64,000 nucleotides of DNA from Candidatus Kaiserbacteria bacterium (GTDB taxonomy: Bacteria > Patescibacteriota > Minisyncoccia > Phycocordibacterales > UBA918), in contig JACQKD010000001.1 of NCBI GenBank assembly GCA_016204695.1, forward strand, positions 68,976-132,975, written 5' to 3'. A program made the translations under genes and the position numbers. Positions 45,426 through 55,071 of the stretch are shown piece by piece (within the stretch, counting starts at the first letter, position 1; each line of letters starts with the position of its first letter). A model generated the notes under the pieces. It searched no databases, was not told where the DNA came from, and worked only from the letters and a program-made list of their open reading frames with translations.

Positions 45426-48194
45426 ATGGAATCTCCTCCGATCAGAAAGTTTTCGTCTCCCGAAGAGGAGATCGCGTATCTGCGTGCACGCATTAATGAG
45501 CGGGAGCGCGACTCCGGGCAGAGTCCGGAGTCAGGTCCGCCGCGCGAAACAATCGCGCGGGAGGAACTCGGCACGTACAGCAGATTTACCCCGCAGTCGG
45601 TACTCGAAAAGGAATATCGGCTTGGTGCCCGCGCAGTCACGAGTGCCGCCGAACGCGTCCGTACATCGGAAGATCAGGTGACGGAAGTCGTCGAGCTTGC
45701 GCACACCAAAGGCATTCGCAATGCGCTTTCGGTCCTCGAAAAGCTCGACAACGCGTTCGTGACTGATGAGGCGCATCGGCGCCTCGTTCAAGATATACAG
45801 CAAGGTCGCGAAGTGATCGGTACGAAGGAGGGCGCACCGCTGTGGGGCGTGCTCCACATGACGCTCTTTGAAGTGACGCTTCCGGAAGAGCGCGAGAAAG
45901 AAGCCGGACAAGAAGCGGAGCTGAAGGGACTCATTTCCGCGATGGAGCAGTTTTACGCGGGCATGCAAGCCATCTCCGGAGAAAAGGGCCTGCCGCGGCA
46001 TTTCACCCTTGAGATCGCGGTATCCGACAAGAGCGACGACATCATTTTCTACGCCGCAGTGCCGACGATGCACATCGATCTTTTTGAAAAACAACTGTTG
46101 TCCCTTTTTCCGAACGCCCAGATTGTCGAACAGAAGAGCGACTACAACATCTTTGTCGACGGGGGTACCGCTTTTGTTTCCGAGATGACACTCTCGCGAC
46201 ATCCGGTGTATCCCATTCGCGGCTACGAGACGTTTGATCGCGATCCGCTCCACGTATTGCTCAATGCTTTTTCAAAAATCGAGCGCGAGGGCGGCGGTGC
46301 GGCGTTCCAAGTGGTCTTGCGGCCGCAGAAAGATACGTACCGCAAGCAGTACGAGCACATCATCAAGAAGGTCCGCGACGGCATGCCGATCAAAAAGGCG
46401 ATTCATATGACCACGATCGGCGGCCAGGCAATCGAGTTGTTCAAAGACATGTTCTCATCCTCGAAGAAAAAGAAGGATGAGGACGAAGAAGAAAAGCACA
46501 AGGTGGACGAGTCGCTTGTCGAGCTTCTCGAAGAAAAAGTCGCACGACCGATCATTCCCGCGAACATCCGCATCGCGGTGTCCGCCGGCGGTGAAGCGCG
46601 CGCCGTGCAGATACTCAATGATATTGAAGCGGGTTTCCATCAGTTTGAAAACACGAAAGGTAATCGCATCGTCTTTAAGAAGCCGAAAGGACGCGCATTG
46701 CGCCGTGCGCTTCGCGCCTTTTCCTTTCGTGAATATCTGAAGGCGGAAGAATTGCCACTCTCAATCACGGAGCTGTCGAGCATCATCCACTTCCCGGTGC
46801 AGGACGTGCGCTTCTCGCCACAGGTCAAACAGACGAGGGCGCAACAGGCGGCCGCGCCGATAGACATGCCTCAAGACGGGACACTCCTCGGCACCAACAC
46901 CTACCGCAACACGGAAACCCCGGTCTACATCACCGCCGACGACCGCCTGCGCCATTTCTACATCATCGGTCAGACCGGCACCGGCAAGACCACGTTGATG
47001 AAGAACATGATCATCCAAGACATCGAGCAGGGCAACGGCGTCTGCATGATCGATCCGCACGGCACGGACATCGTCGACGTGCTTGCCGCCGTGCCGCCCG
47101 AGCGCGAGCAGGACGTCATCTATTTCGATCCCGCGTATACCGAGCGCTCCATCGGCCTCAATATGCTCGAGTTTGATCCCGCGCATCCCGAGCAAAAGAC
47201 GTTTGTGGTGAACGAACTCTTCTCGATCTTCCAAAAGCTGTACGGTGCGGTGCCCGAGAGTATGGGGCCGATTTTCGAACAGTACTTCCGCAACGCGACG
47301 TTGCTCGTACTCGAAGATCCGGAAAGCGGCAACACGCTCATGGATGTCTCGCGCGTGATGGCGGACGCGAGTTATCGGAAACTGAAACTCTCAAAAACGC
47401 ACAATCCGGTCGTCAAACAGTTCTGGGAGGAAATTGCAACGAAGGCCGGCGGTGAAGCCGCGCTCGAAAACATCGTGCCGTATATCACTTCGAAGTTTGA
47501 TGTCTTTACGGCGAATGATTACATGCGTCCGATCATCGGCCAACAGCGGTCCTCGATCAACTTTCGGCGGATCATGGACGAGAAGAAGATTCTGCTCGTC
47601 AATCTCTCAAAAGGCCGCCTCGGCGAGATCAATGCAAACCTCATCGGTATGATCATCGTCGGCAAGCTCCTGATGGCCGCGCTCTCGCGCGTGGATGATC
47701 TCTCTCGTTCTCTCCCGCCGTTTTATCTCCATATGGATGAATTTCAAAACGTGACGACTGACTCCATCACCGCGATTCTCTCCGAAGCCCGTAAATACAA
47801 GCTCGGACTCACCATCGCCAATCAATACATCGCTCAACTCACCGACGAGATTCGCGATGCGGTCTTCGGCAACGTCGGCTCGATCGCGGCGTTCCGCGTC
47901 GGGCCGGAAGACGGTGAATTTCTTGAAAAACAATTTGAGCCGACCTTTTCCGCGCACGATCTGGTTAATATCGAAAATCAGCACGCATATGTGCGACTCT
48001 TGGCGAAGGGTACGCCGCAGAAGCCGTTCTCGATACATACGGTCGCGCCGCGCCCGGTGGATTACGCAAAGGCGCAGGAACGCATCGCGCGGCTCTATGC
48101 CGCGCATGGGCGTCCGCGTGAGGAAGTCGAAGCGGAGATCGCGGCGAGATATCAACGCCCCCCTGTTCCGGTGTCCGGCAGTGTGGTGGTATAG
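45426..48194 (+). CDS. FtsK/HerA-superfamily ATPase, VirD4/TraG/TraD-like (type IV coupling protein-like), with an uncharacterised N-terminal domain of about 470 aa
   Basis: Walker A YIIGQTGTGKTT; a C-terminal TraG-D_C-like region (HMDEFQNV...ARKYKLGLTIANQ); no TM segments. Confidence 0.6.
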   Translation: MESPPIRKFSSPEEEIAYLRARINERERDSGQSPESGPPRETIAREELGTYSRFTPQSVLEKEYRLGARAVTSAAERVRTSEDQVTEVVELAHTKGIRNALSVLEKLDNAFVTDEAHRRLVQDIQQGREVIGTKEGAPLWGVLHMTLFEVTLPEEREKEAGQEAELKGLISAMEQFYAGMQAISGEKGLPRHFTLEIAVSDKSDDIIFYAAVPTMHIDLFEKQLLSLFPNAQIVEQKSDYNIFVDGGTAFVSEMTLSRHPVYPIRGYETFDRDPLHVLLNAFSKIEREGGGAAFQVVLRPQKDTYRKQYEHIIKKVRDGMPIKKAIHMTTIGGQAIELFKDMFSSSKKKKDEDEEEKHKVDESLVELLEEKVARPIIPANIRIAVSAGGEARAVQILNDIEAGFHQFENTKGNRIVFKKPKGRALRRALRAFSFREYLKAEELPLSITELSSIIHFPVQDVRFSPQVKQTRAQQAAAPIDMPQDGTLLGTNTYRNTETPVYITADDRLRHFYIIGQTGTGKTTLMKNMIIQDIEQGNGVCMIDPHGTDIVDVLAAVPPEREQDVIYFDPAYTERSIGLNMLEFDPAHPEQKTFVVNELFSIFQKLYGAVPESMGPIFEQYFRNATLLVLEDPESGNTLMDVSRVMADASYRKLKLSKTHNPVVKQFWEEIATKAGGEAALENIVPYITSKFDVFTANDYMRPIIGQQRSSINFRRIMDEKKILLVNLSKGRLGEINANLIGMIIVGKLLMAALSRVDDLSRSLPPFYLHMDEFQNVTTDSITAILSEARKYKLGLTIANQYIAQLTDEIRDAVFGNVGSIAAFRVGPEDGEFLEKQFEPTFSAHDLVNIENQHAYVRLLAKGTPQKPFSIHTVAPRPVDYAKAQERIARLYAAHGRPREEVEAEIAARYQRPPVPVSGSVVV

Positions 48195-48204
48195 TAGTCA
48201 CGAC

Positions 48205-49737
48205 ATGGTTTCGAATCTTGCAACAGCAGAAAAACCGGAATTGTCGGGACCTGCCGATCTGAGCATTCCCGGGTCCGACGTCGAAAATACGATTCGCGGA
48301 CGCACGCAGCTGATTGAGATGGCCGAAAGAGCGGGGGAAGGAGATCCGACTGCGACGAAAGACATTGGGGAACTTCGTAACCTCATCACCACACTTGCCC
48401 GCAGTAAGCCCGAAGATCGACGTTCGTTGCTGGAAAAGATCCGTAGCAAAGCGTCATCATTCGGGATTGAAATTACCAGGGCCAATGACTACGAGGTTGC
48501 GGCCGCAAACGAGTATGAGGTGCCGAAGATAGCCCACGAAGCGGCAGTCGAGTTGAAAGGGGTGGAATCATCTGCAGTGATTCCCGAAGTATCAAAAACG
48601 GAAGCATCTGCAAATGAAGCGGAACAAGGACTCGGTCGCACGAGGCCGGCGCCGGAGATTGTCAGTCCGGTGTCCATGCCAACGCCTCCGGCGGAGACGG
48701 TGGCGCAGGTGGAGACGGTTACTGTCGCCGATACAATGCCCGATACGATACCCGCTCCCTCATCTGAAGTTGTCCCCGCACCGGCGGCCGTCGCTGAAGT
48801 TCCTGCCGCACCGGAGACTCCTGTTGTTCCGGACGCGGGGAAATTTGTCGAAGACATGAGAGCGCAACTTTCCGGAGCGCATGAATCCGTGTCTCCGGCG
48901 CCGGAAGGAGCCGTTCGCTGGGGAGAGCATATGGAAACTCAAGCCCCTTCCGCTGATGGTGTGCCAATTCCAGAGACAGATCCGGTGGACGCAGATGTGC
49001 GTCCGGTCGGGACACTTCCGCCACTTGCTCCCGTGCCTCACTATACGGAGGCCCCTGCTGTTGCCTCCGGTGAAGCGGCGGTGATCGCCGAAACACCGAT
49101 GCGAGAAGATGCGGAACGTGTTTCTCCGGGAAATGGGGGAGCGGGGAACGCGATCAATGAAGACATTTCTGCCGCAGAAGCACCGGTCCAACCTCCCGTC
49201 ATGGAGCAGGGACAGAGATCTGCGGAAACGCTTCCGCCGCAGACGGAAAAAGACTTCGTCGACTATCGCATGAAAATCGCTCCGGCGGACATGGTCATGC
49301 CGGGAGGTGTCGTATTGGGAACGCCGGAACGTCCTTCCGCCGATGTTGTGTCCGACACAGAGATTGCCCCGCAAGACTTGGACATGTCGCAGGAAGGGGT
49401 AGCGGCACCAGCGGCTGTTCCTGCCGAGGTGGCGGAGGCGCCGGTGGAAAGCTCTCCCGAAGAGCCGATGCTTGCGCCGGTGTCGGTCGAAACCGCGGCC
49501 CCGGCAAGCGATGTTGAATCGCCGACAGCCGAGCCGTCATACGACGAGGCGATACTTGAAGATCCCGAAGTCAGCGGAGGTCTTGCGGAACTCATGGACC
49601 GCTGGCCCGGGTTTGATAGGAGCGGCATACTTGGTTTCGGAGGACACGGCGTCAAGCATCCCGATTTTGAGAATACCAAGGATCGTCTTATGAGGGACAT
49701 TCTCGAACAAGCGGCGTCGCTCAAGGAAGCGGCATAG
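48205..49737 (+). CDS. Acidic Pro/Ala/Glu/Val-rich low-complexity protein (510 aa, predicted disordered)
   Basis: Long stop-free frame starting 11 nt after the ATPase stop. Start moved to ATG 48205; the first 348 nt of the track ORF overlap the ATPase gene. Confidence 0.45.
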   Translation: MVSNLATAEKPELSGPADLSIPGSDVENTIRGRTQLIEMAERAGEGDPTATKDIGELRNLITTLARSKPEDRRSLLEKIRSKASSFGIEITRANDYEVAAANEYEVPKIAHEAAVELKGVESSAVIPEVSKTEASANEAEQGLGRTRPAPEIVSPVSMPTPPAETVAQVETVTVADTMPDTIPAPSSEVVPAPAAVAEVPAAPETPVVPDAGKFVEDMRAQLSGAHESVSPAPEGAVRWGEHMETQAPSADGVPIPETDPVDADVRPVGTLPPLAPVPHYTEAPAVASGEAAVIAETPMREDAERVSPGNGGAGNAINEDISAAEAPVQPPVMEQGQRSAETLPPQTEKDFVDYRMKIAPADMVMPGGVVLGTPERPSADVVSDTEIAPQDLDMSQEGVAAPAAVPAEVAEAPVESSPEEPMLAPVSVETAAPASDVESPTAEPSYDEAILEDPEVSGGLAELMDRWPGFDRSGILGFGGHGVKHPDFENTKDRLMRDILEQAASLKEAA

Positions 49738-49747
49738 GTTCTATATT

Positions 49748-49936
49748 ATGGCAAAAGATCTTAAAGATATCGACCCGAAAATCCTCGCGAGCATCGCCGA
49801 GTATGTCGAAGGTTGGCGGACGGAGCACGGCATCACTCCCGATCCGAATGAAACATTCGAGCATTATCTCCGTCGAGTGATCGCGACGATTTTGGGCAAA
49901 ATTCCGCAATCGTCCGGACAAAATCAGGGACAGTGA
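49748..49936 (+). CDS. Hypothetical small protein (62 aa)
   Basis: ORF with no motif. Confidence 0.3.
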   Translation: MAKDLKDIDPKILASIAEYVEGWRTEHGITPDPNETFEHYLRRVIATILGKIPQSSGQNQGQ

Positions 49937-49987
49937 CAGTGGTGGCGGTGCGTGTCTTCCGTCTTTGCGTTATGATGGGACGTATCC

Positions 49988-50632
49988 ATGCCAAATCATC
50001 ATGCATTGTTGTCTGTCGGTCCGTACGAGGAATGTTTTGCACTGATTCCGCTTGCGCATCGAAGCGGTGTGGATGCCGAAGTGATCGTATGCGAATCGTT
50101 TGATATTGCGCAGGCGCGAGCTCTGGCGGAAAAGGCGGCGACACGTCCGATTGCGGGAGAGAAACGATATTTTGTCGTCTCGTGCGCGTATATTCCGCAC
50201 GAAGCGCAAAACGCACTTCTGAAACTTTTTGAAGACCCGCCTGCGACCGCGCAGTTTTACATCATCGTGCCGCGCGCGGAGCTGATTCTGCCGACTCTGC
50301 GCTCGCGTCTGCATGTACTGTATGAATCTCCGGTGGTAGGGCGCGCGCTCAATCCCGAGACGTCTGCCTTTCTGGGAGCGGCGTTTGCCGACCGTCTGGA
50401 ACAGATCGCAATGCTTGCCAAAGCAAAGGATGCTCATGCTATGCGCGTTCTTATAAACGGCATCGAGCGCGCCGCGGGTTTCGGCGTTGGAAAATATGTG
50501 CGGGAAAAACAAGATGTGTCGTATCTTGCCGACGTGCTCATGGCCTCCACCTACGCCGAAACCCGCGGCGCCTCCCACAAAATGCTCCTCGAACACCTCG
50601 CGCTGTCGATACCGGAAAAAGCCGGCAGATAA
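49988..50632 (+). CDS. DNA polymerase III delta/delta'-like clamp-loader subunit (degenerate AAA+)
   Basis: RYFVV...EAQNALLKLFEDPP...IIV...LLPTLRSR matches the delta' sensor/box motifs; no intact Walker A. Confidence 0.55.
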   Translation: MPNHHALLSVGPYEECFALIPLAHRSGVDAEVIVCESFDIAQARALAEKAATRPIAGEKRYFVVSCAYIPHEAQNALLKLFEDPPATAQFYIIVPRAELILPTLRSRLHVLYESPVVGRALNPETSAFLGAAFADRLEQIAMLAKAKDAHAMRVLINGIERAAGFGVGKYVREKQDVSYLADVLMASTYAETRGASHKMLLEHLALSIPEKAGR

Positions 50633-50720
50633 CATTTGCGTGCTTGTCGGAGGTGTTCGACAGTGGAATTCGCAAGGACGGACGTCTTGTTTTTACCGAG
50701 GTACCGGATACAATGCATGT

Positions 50721-51272
50721 ATGGCATATTCTTTCGCTCATTTCGATGGTCGGGCGCAGGAGGTGGTGGACTGGCTCGGCAAGGAGTTTTCCGGCATTCG
50801 CACCGGGCGCGCGACGCCGGCTCTGCTCGATAGCATCCAAGTGGAATCATACGGCGCACGCGTGCCGATCAATCAGGTCGGCAACGTGACCGTGGAAGAT
50901 GCGCGAACCTTGCGCATTTCTCCGTGGGACAGCACTTCCATCAAGCCGATCGAAAAGGCGATTACGGACGCGGACTTTGGCGTATCGGTGTCGGCGGATG
51001 ACAAAGGCGTGCGAGTAACCTTCCCGGAGCTGACGAGCGACCGTCGCACCCAGCTCCTCAAGCTCGCCAAGTCTCGCCTTGAAGAAGCGCGCGTATCATT
51101 GCGGAAGGCGCGCGATGAAATAGTGAAAGACATCGATCAAAAGGAGAGCGAAAGCGAGTTGTCCGGCGACGAGAAGTTTCGCACCAAGGAAGAACTCCAA
51201 AAACGCGTCGACCGGGCAAACGAACAGCTCAACGCGTTATTCGAAAAAAAAGAGAAGGAGATACACAGCTGA
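50721..51272 (+). CDS. frr: Ribosome recycling factor
   Basis: RRF motifs (GIRTGRATPALLD, LRISPWD); 183 aa from ATG 50721. Confidence 0.9.
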   Translation: MAYSFAHFDGRAQEVVDWLGKEFSGIRTGRATPALLDSIQVESYGARVPINQVGNVTVEDARTLRISPWDSTSIKPIEKAITDADFGVSVSADDKGVRVTFPELTSDRRTQLLKLAKSRLEEARVSLRKARDEIVKDIDQKESESELSGDEKFRTKEELQKRVDRANEQLNALFEKKEKEIHS

Positions 51273-51300
51273 TACGCGCCGCGCTTTTCATCACATAATC

Positions 51301-52410
51301 ATGTATATACTCATCTTTATAGTCGTACTCTTTGTCCTGGTGCTCGTGCATGAATGGGGTCACTTTTTTGTTGCCAAGAAGATCGGCATGCGAGTTGACG
51401 AATTCGGTATCGGGTTCCCGCCGAGGATCATGGGAATCAAGAAAGGGGAAACTCTCTATAGCGTAAATGCCTTGCCACTTGGCGGGTTTGTGAGAATTTT
51501 TGGTGAGGAAGCGTTGGAGGACGAATCGCAGGGAGAAGGGCCGACGTCCTACGAGAATGACAGGTCCTTCAATCGCAGGCCGAAATGGGCGCAGATCCTT
51601 GTACTTGTTGCGGGTATCGGCGCAAACATCATCTTCGCGTGGTTGCTTTTTACGCTCGCTTTGAGCACGGGCGTACTGACTAGTGTCTCTCCCGAGGAAG
51701 CGTCTCCGGCGGCGGAGCTTCATATTCTCGACGTATTGCCCGGAAGTCCCGCGGCGAAGGCGGGAATACCGGCTGGCGCCATTGTTAGCGGTCTTGCATC
51801 AAGAGGGGAAACTGTCGCACCTCGTACGCCGGAAGAATTCAGTACGTTCGTCGGCAGGTCGGGCGGCTCGCCGGTGGCCGTCTCCTATACGTATAACGGT
51901 ACTGATGCGCATGTGGAAATCGTTCCGGAGACGGGCGTGCTGGAGTCGGAGCCGGGAAAAGCGGCTGTCGGCGTGTCGCTCGGACTTGCGGAAATGCGGG
52001 CGCTCCCGCTCCACATCGCTCTCGCCGAGGGATTTATGATGACCGCGACCGGCGTGCGTGACATCGCGCAGGGCCTCTTTTCACTTATCGCGTCCGCGAT
52101 CGGCGGACAGGCCGACATTGAACAGGTCAGGGGTCCGGTCGGCATCGCGGTGCTCGTGCGCGATGCATCGAGTATGGGATTTTCCGCACTTTTGATATTT
52201 ACGGCGTTTATTTCCTTGAGTCTTGCGGTCATCAACATTTTCCCGTTTCCGGCACTCGACGGCGGGCGCCTCTTGTTTGTCATTATCGAAGCGATCAAAG
52301 GCTCGCCCATTCCGGCAAAAGTCGCCTACTACACCAACACCGCCGGCTTTGCCGTCCTAGTCCTCCTGATGATCGCCATCACCTACCACGACATTGCGAG
52401 GTTGGTGTAA
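51301..52410 (+). CDS. rseP: RIP metalloprotease RseP (site-2 protease, M50) with a PDZ domain
   Basis: HEWGHFFVAKK (HExxH), LPLGGFV and the LDGG motif. Confidence 0.85.
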   Translation: MYILIFIVVLFVLVLVHEWGHFFVAKKIGMRVDEFGIGFPPRIMGIKKGETLYSVNALPLGGFVRIFGEEALEDESQGEGPTSYENDRSFNRRPKWAQILVLVAGIGANIIFAWLLFTLALSTGVLTSVSPEEASPAAELHILDVLPGSPAAKAGIPAGAIVSGLASRGETVAPRTPEEFSTFVGRSGGSPVAVSYTYNGTDAHVEIVPETGVLESEPGKAAVGVSLGLAEMRALPLHIALAEGFMMTATGVRDIAQGLFSLIASAIGGQADIEQVRGPVGIAVLVRDASSMGFSALLIFTAFISLSLAVINIFPFPALDGGRLLFVIIEAIKGSPIPAKVAYYTNTAGFAVLVLLMIAITYHDIARLV

Positions 52411-52416
52411 GACGTC

Positions 52417-52437
52417 GTGTCCTTTCGTAAAGGACAC
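52417..52437 (+). terminator. Hairpin gtgtccttt-cgt-aaaggacac just after the rseP stop
   Basis: Perfect 9-bp stem; no clean U-tract. Confidence 0.35.
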
Positions 52438-52508
52438 ATATTACACATGCGCTATATGCTATGCTAGGAGAAGTGACAGCACGAACCCTTCTAGAATAGG
52501 GGAATCCT

Positions 52509-52616
52509 ATGAAGGATTCTAAGAAATTTCTAGGATGTATAGGATGGAGAGAACTGGGAATCGCGATATGTATAGTAGCAGGGTTCTTTTTATTGAAAGC
52601 CCTCCGGTTACTATAG
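52509..52616 (+). CDS. Possible small hydrophobic peptide (35 aa, one TM)
   Basis: ATG preceded by AGGGGAA; product MKDSKKFLGCIGWRELGIAICIVAGFFLLKALRLL; an alternative antisense ORF overlaps it. Confidence 0.25.
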   Translation: MKDSKKFLGCIGWRELGIAICIVAGFFLLKALRLL

Positions 52617-52674
52617 AATTCTGCAAGTCTCTTCTCTTTTCCGCGCGGCTTGGAACCCGCGCGTGTTTCGTCTT

Positions 52675-52702
52675 TTGACCGCATCCGATTTCGCGGTACA
52701 AT
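52675..52702 (+). promoter_or_regulatory. Sigma70-like promoter TTGACC-N16-TACAAT, 9 nt upstream of the proS ATG (leaderless or near-leaderless mRNA)
   Basis: Seen in sequence: ttgacc-gcatccgatttcgcgg-tacaat-gctttcgct-ATG. Confidence 0.45.
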
Positions 52703-52711
52703 GCTTTCGCT

Positions 52712-54010
52712 ATGCGGCAATCGCAACTCTTTACAAAAACACGGCGGGAAGCGCCGAAGGACGAGGTCTCGAAAAACGCTCAGCTGTTGATCCGCGCCGG
52801 GTATATCCATAAGGAAATGGCGGGGGTGTATTCGTACCTGCCGCTTGGCTTGCGGGTACTCAAAAACATCGAGCGGATCATCCGCGAGGAAATGAACGCG
52901 ATCGGCGGGCAGGAGATACAGATGGCGACTCTGCATCCGAGCGAAGTTTGGAAGCAGACCGGCGGCTGGGACGGCGTGGATGTCCTCTTTAAGATACAGA
53001 GCCGGACGGAAAAAGAATATGCGCTCGGGCAGAGCGAGGAAGAAATCGTAACGCCGATCGCACAGGAGTACGCGCTCTCGTACAAGGAGCTCCCGCTCGC
53101 CATATATCAGATCGGACAAAAATACCGCGATGAGCTCCGTGCGAAAAGCGGCATCATGCGTGGGCGCGAATTCGGCATGAAAGACATGTACAGCTTTCAT
53201 GAGTCCCAGGAGGATTTCGAGCGTTTCTACGAGGTCGCAAAAGAAGCGTATCTCAAAGTATTTTCGCGCGCGGGTCTCGACGCGAAGGTGACGGAAGCTT
53301 CAGGTGGCGCGTTCACGACGAAGCTCTCGTACGAATTCATGGTGCTCACCGACGCGGGGGAGGACGACATCGTGTATTGTGACATGTGCACGCATTGTGC
53401 AAACACGGAAGTAGCGGAAGCCGAGTCGGGCGGTACCTGCCCGAAATGCGGCGAAGGAACGCTTGCAAAAGCACGCGCTGCGGAAGTAGGCAATGTCTTC
53501 GATCTTGGACGCAAGTACCCCGAAGCCTTCGGTTACACCTACAAGGACAAGGACGACAAAGATCAGACACCGATTATGGGATGCTACGGCATCGGCACGA
53601 CGCGTCTAATGGGTGCGATCGTCGAGGTCCTCTCGGATGAGAAAGGTATTATCTGGCCGGAGAGTGTCGCGCCGTTTGCGGTGCATCTGGTCGCGCTCAA
53701 TGCCGAAAGCGCGGAACTGCGCGACTATGCCGATACCATCTACAGCGGCCTGTGCGAGCGCGGCATCGAGGTACTCTACGATGATCGTTCGTTGCGTGCC
53801 GGTGAAAAGTTCGCGGACAGCGACCTTATCGGTATTCCGTATCGCGTCGTCGTGAGCGAAAAAACGAAAGAGCAAAATACGTTTGAGGTCGTCAAACGCA
53901 GGACGGGAGAAGTCACGTATCATTCGGAAGAAGAACTGTATGCGAGTCTTCCGCCGGCCGGCGGACCGGAATCTTCGCTCTCCGGTACGGAACAAACGGC
54001 GACGATATGA
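52712..54010 (+). CDS. proS: Proline--tRNA ligase, bacterial type without the INS editing domain (432 aa)
   Basis: Class II motifs, TKLSYEF, a zinc-binding CDMCTHC...CPKCG stretch, and the anticodon-binding C-terminus. Confidence 0.9.
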   Translation: MRQSQLFTKTRREAPKDEVSKNAQLLIRAGYIHKEMAGVYSYLPLGLRVLKNIERIIREEMNAIGGQEIQMATLHPSEVWKQTGGWDGVDVLFKIQSRTEKEYALGQSEEEIVTPIAQEYALSYKELPLAIYQIGQKYRDELRAKSGIMRGREFGMKDMYSFHESQEDFERFYEVAKEAYLKVFSRAGLDAKVTEASGGAFTTKLSYEFMVLTDAGEDDIVYCDMCTHCANTEVAEAESGGTCPKCGEGTLAKARAAEVGNVFDLGRKYPEAFGYTYKDKDDKDQTPIMGCYGIGTTRLMGAIVEVLSDEKGIIWPESVAPFAVHLVALNAESAELRDYADTIYSGLCERGIEVLYDDRSLRAGEKFADSDLIGIPYRVVVSEKTKEQNTFEVVKRRTGEVTYHSEEELYASLPPAGGPESSLSGTEQTATI

Positions 54011-55071
54011 AGAAGTGGTTTTCCCGGCTGACAAACGGTCTGTCCACCGACATCGGCATCGACCTCGGTACCGCCAACACGCTTGTCTACGTCAAGGGCA
54101 AGGGGGTTGTCATCAATGAGCCGACCATGGTGGCCGTGAATCACAAGACGGGACAGCTTGTCGCGGTGGGCGCGGAGGCCAAGGGTATGCTCGGCAGGAC
54201 GCCATCGCATATCGAGGTGGTGCGGCCGCTCGTCGAAGGAGTGATTTCCGACTTTGAAGTGACCGAGGAGATGCTCACCTACTTCATCGGGAAGATCAGG
54301 GAGAGTAATCGCATGCTCATGCCGCCGCGCGTACTCGTCGGTGTGCCGTACGGCATCACGAATGTCGAGATGCGCGCCGCTCGCGACGCCGCCCGCAATG
54401 CGGGCGCTCGCGAAGTGTTGTTGATCGAGGAGCCGATGGCGGCGGCTATCGGGTCAAAACTGCCGGTGTCGAAAGCCATGGGTAATATGATCATCGACAT
54501 CGGCGGCGGCACGACCGACATCGCCGTCATATCGCTTAACGGCATTGTCACGGCGCGCAATCTGCGTACGGCCGGTGATCATCTCAATGCGGATATCATC
54601 GCCTATATTCGCGGCCAGTTTAAGGTGCTCATCGGGGAGCGTACCGCCGAAGAATTGAAAATCGCACTTGCATCCATCGCCGAAGATGGAGAGATGCACG
54701 AAGTAGTGGTGCGCGGTCGCGATGTCGTGACGGGACTGCCGCGCGAAGTGGCGATCACGGATGCCGATGTGCGCCATGCGATCGGACAGGCGATCGACTC
54801 CATTGTCGAATCGGTGCGGGACGTGCTCGAAGAGACGCCGCCCGAAGTGCTCGCGGATGTCATGCAGAGGGGAATCTACTTCTCCGGCGGCGGCGCGCTT
54901 ATCCCGGGGGCCGCGCGACTTCTCGAAGAGCTGATCGGCGTGCCGGTCGTCACCGTCCCGGATCCTCTGCGCGCAGTGATACGGGGGACGGGCATCGTGC
55001 TCGAGAATCTTGACGATTATGCGGATATTCTCATCACCAATGAAGACGAACTCACGCCGCAGTTCACGTAA
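54007..55071 (+). CDS. mreB: Rod shape-determining protein MreB, paralog 2 (heads the mreBCD-mrdA operon)
   Basis: IGIDLGTANT, EGVISDF, DIGGGT. Confidence 0.9.
   Translation: MKKWFSRLTNGLSTDIGIDLGTANTLVYVKGKGVVINEPTMVAVNHKTGQLVAVGAEAKGMLGRTPSHIEVVRPLVEGVISDFEVTEEMLTYFIGKIRESNRMLMPPRVLVGVPYGITNVEMRAARDAARNAGAREVLLIEEPMAAAIGSKLPVSKAMGNMIIDIGGGTTDIAVISLNGIVTARNLRTAGDHLNADIIAYIRGQFKVLIGERTAEELKIALASIAEDGEMHEVVVRGRDVVTGLPREVAITDADVRHAIGQAIDSIVESVRDVLEETPPEVLADVMQRGIYFSGGGALIPGAARLLEELIGVPVVTVPDPLRAVIRGTGIVLENLDDYADILITNEDELTPQFT

Noticed and set aside
47857-48204. First 116 codons of the 626-aa ORF overlapping the ATPase gene
   Set aside because: This stretch is an out-of-frame overlap with the conserved VirD4-like C-terminus. 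The start was moved to ATG 48205, just after the ATPase stop.
52411-52711. T-box riboswitch upstream of proS
   Set aside because: No T-box consensus (AATTAGGGTGGNACCGCG) or specifier-loop architecture is present; the promoter sits only 9 nt from the ATG.
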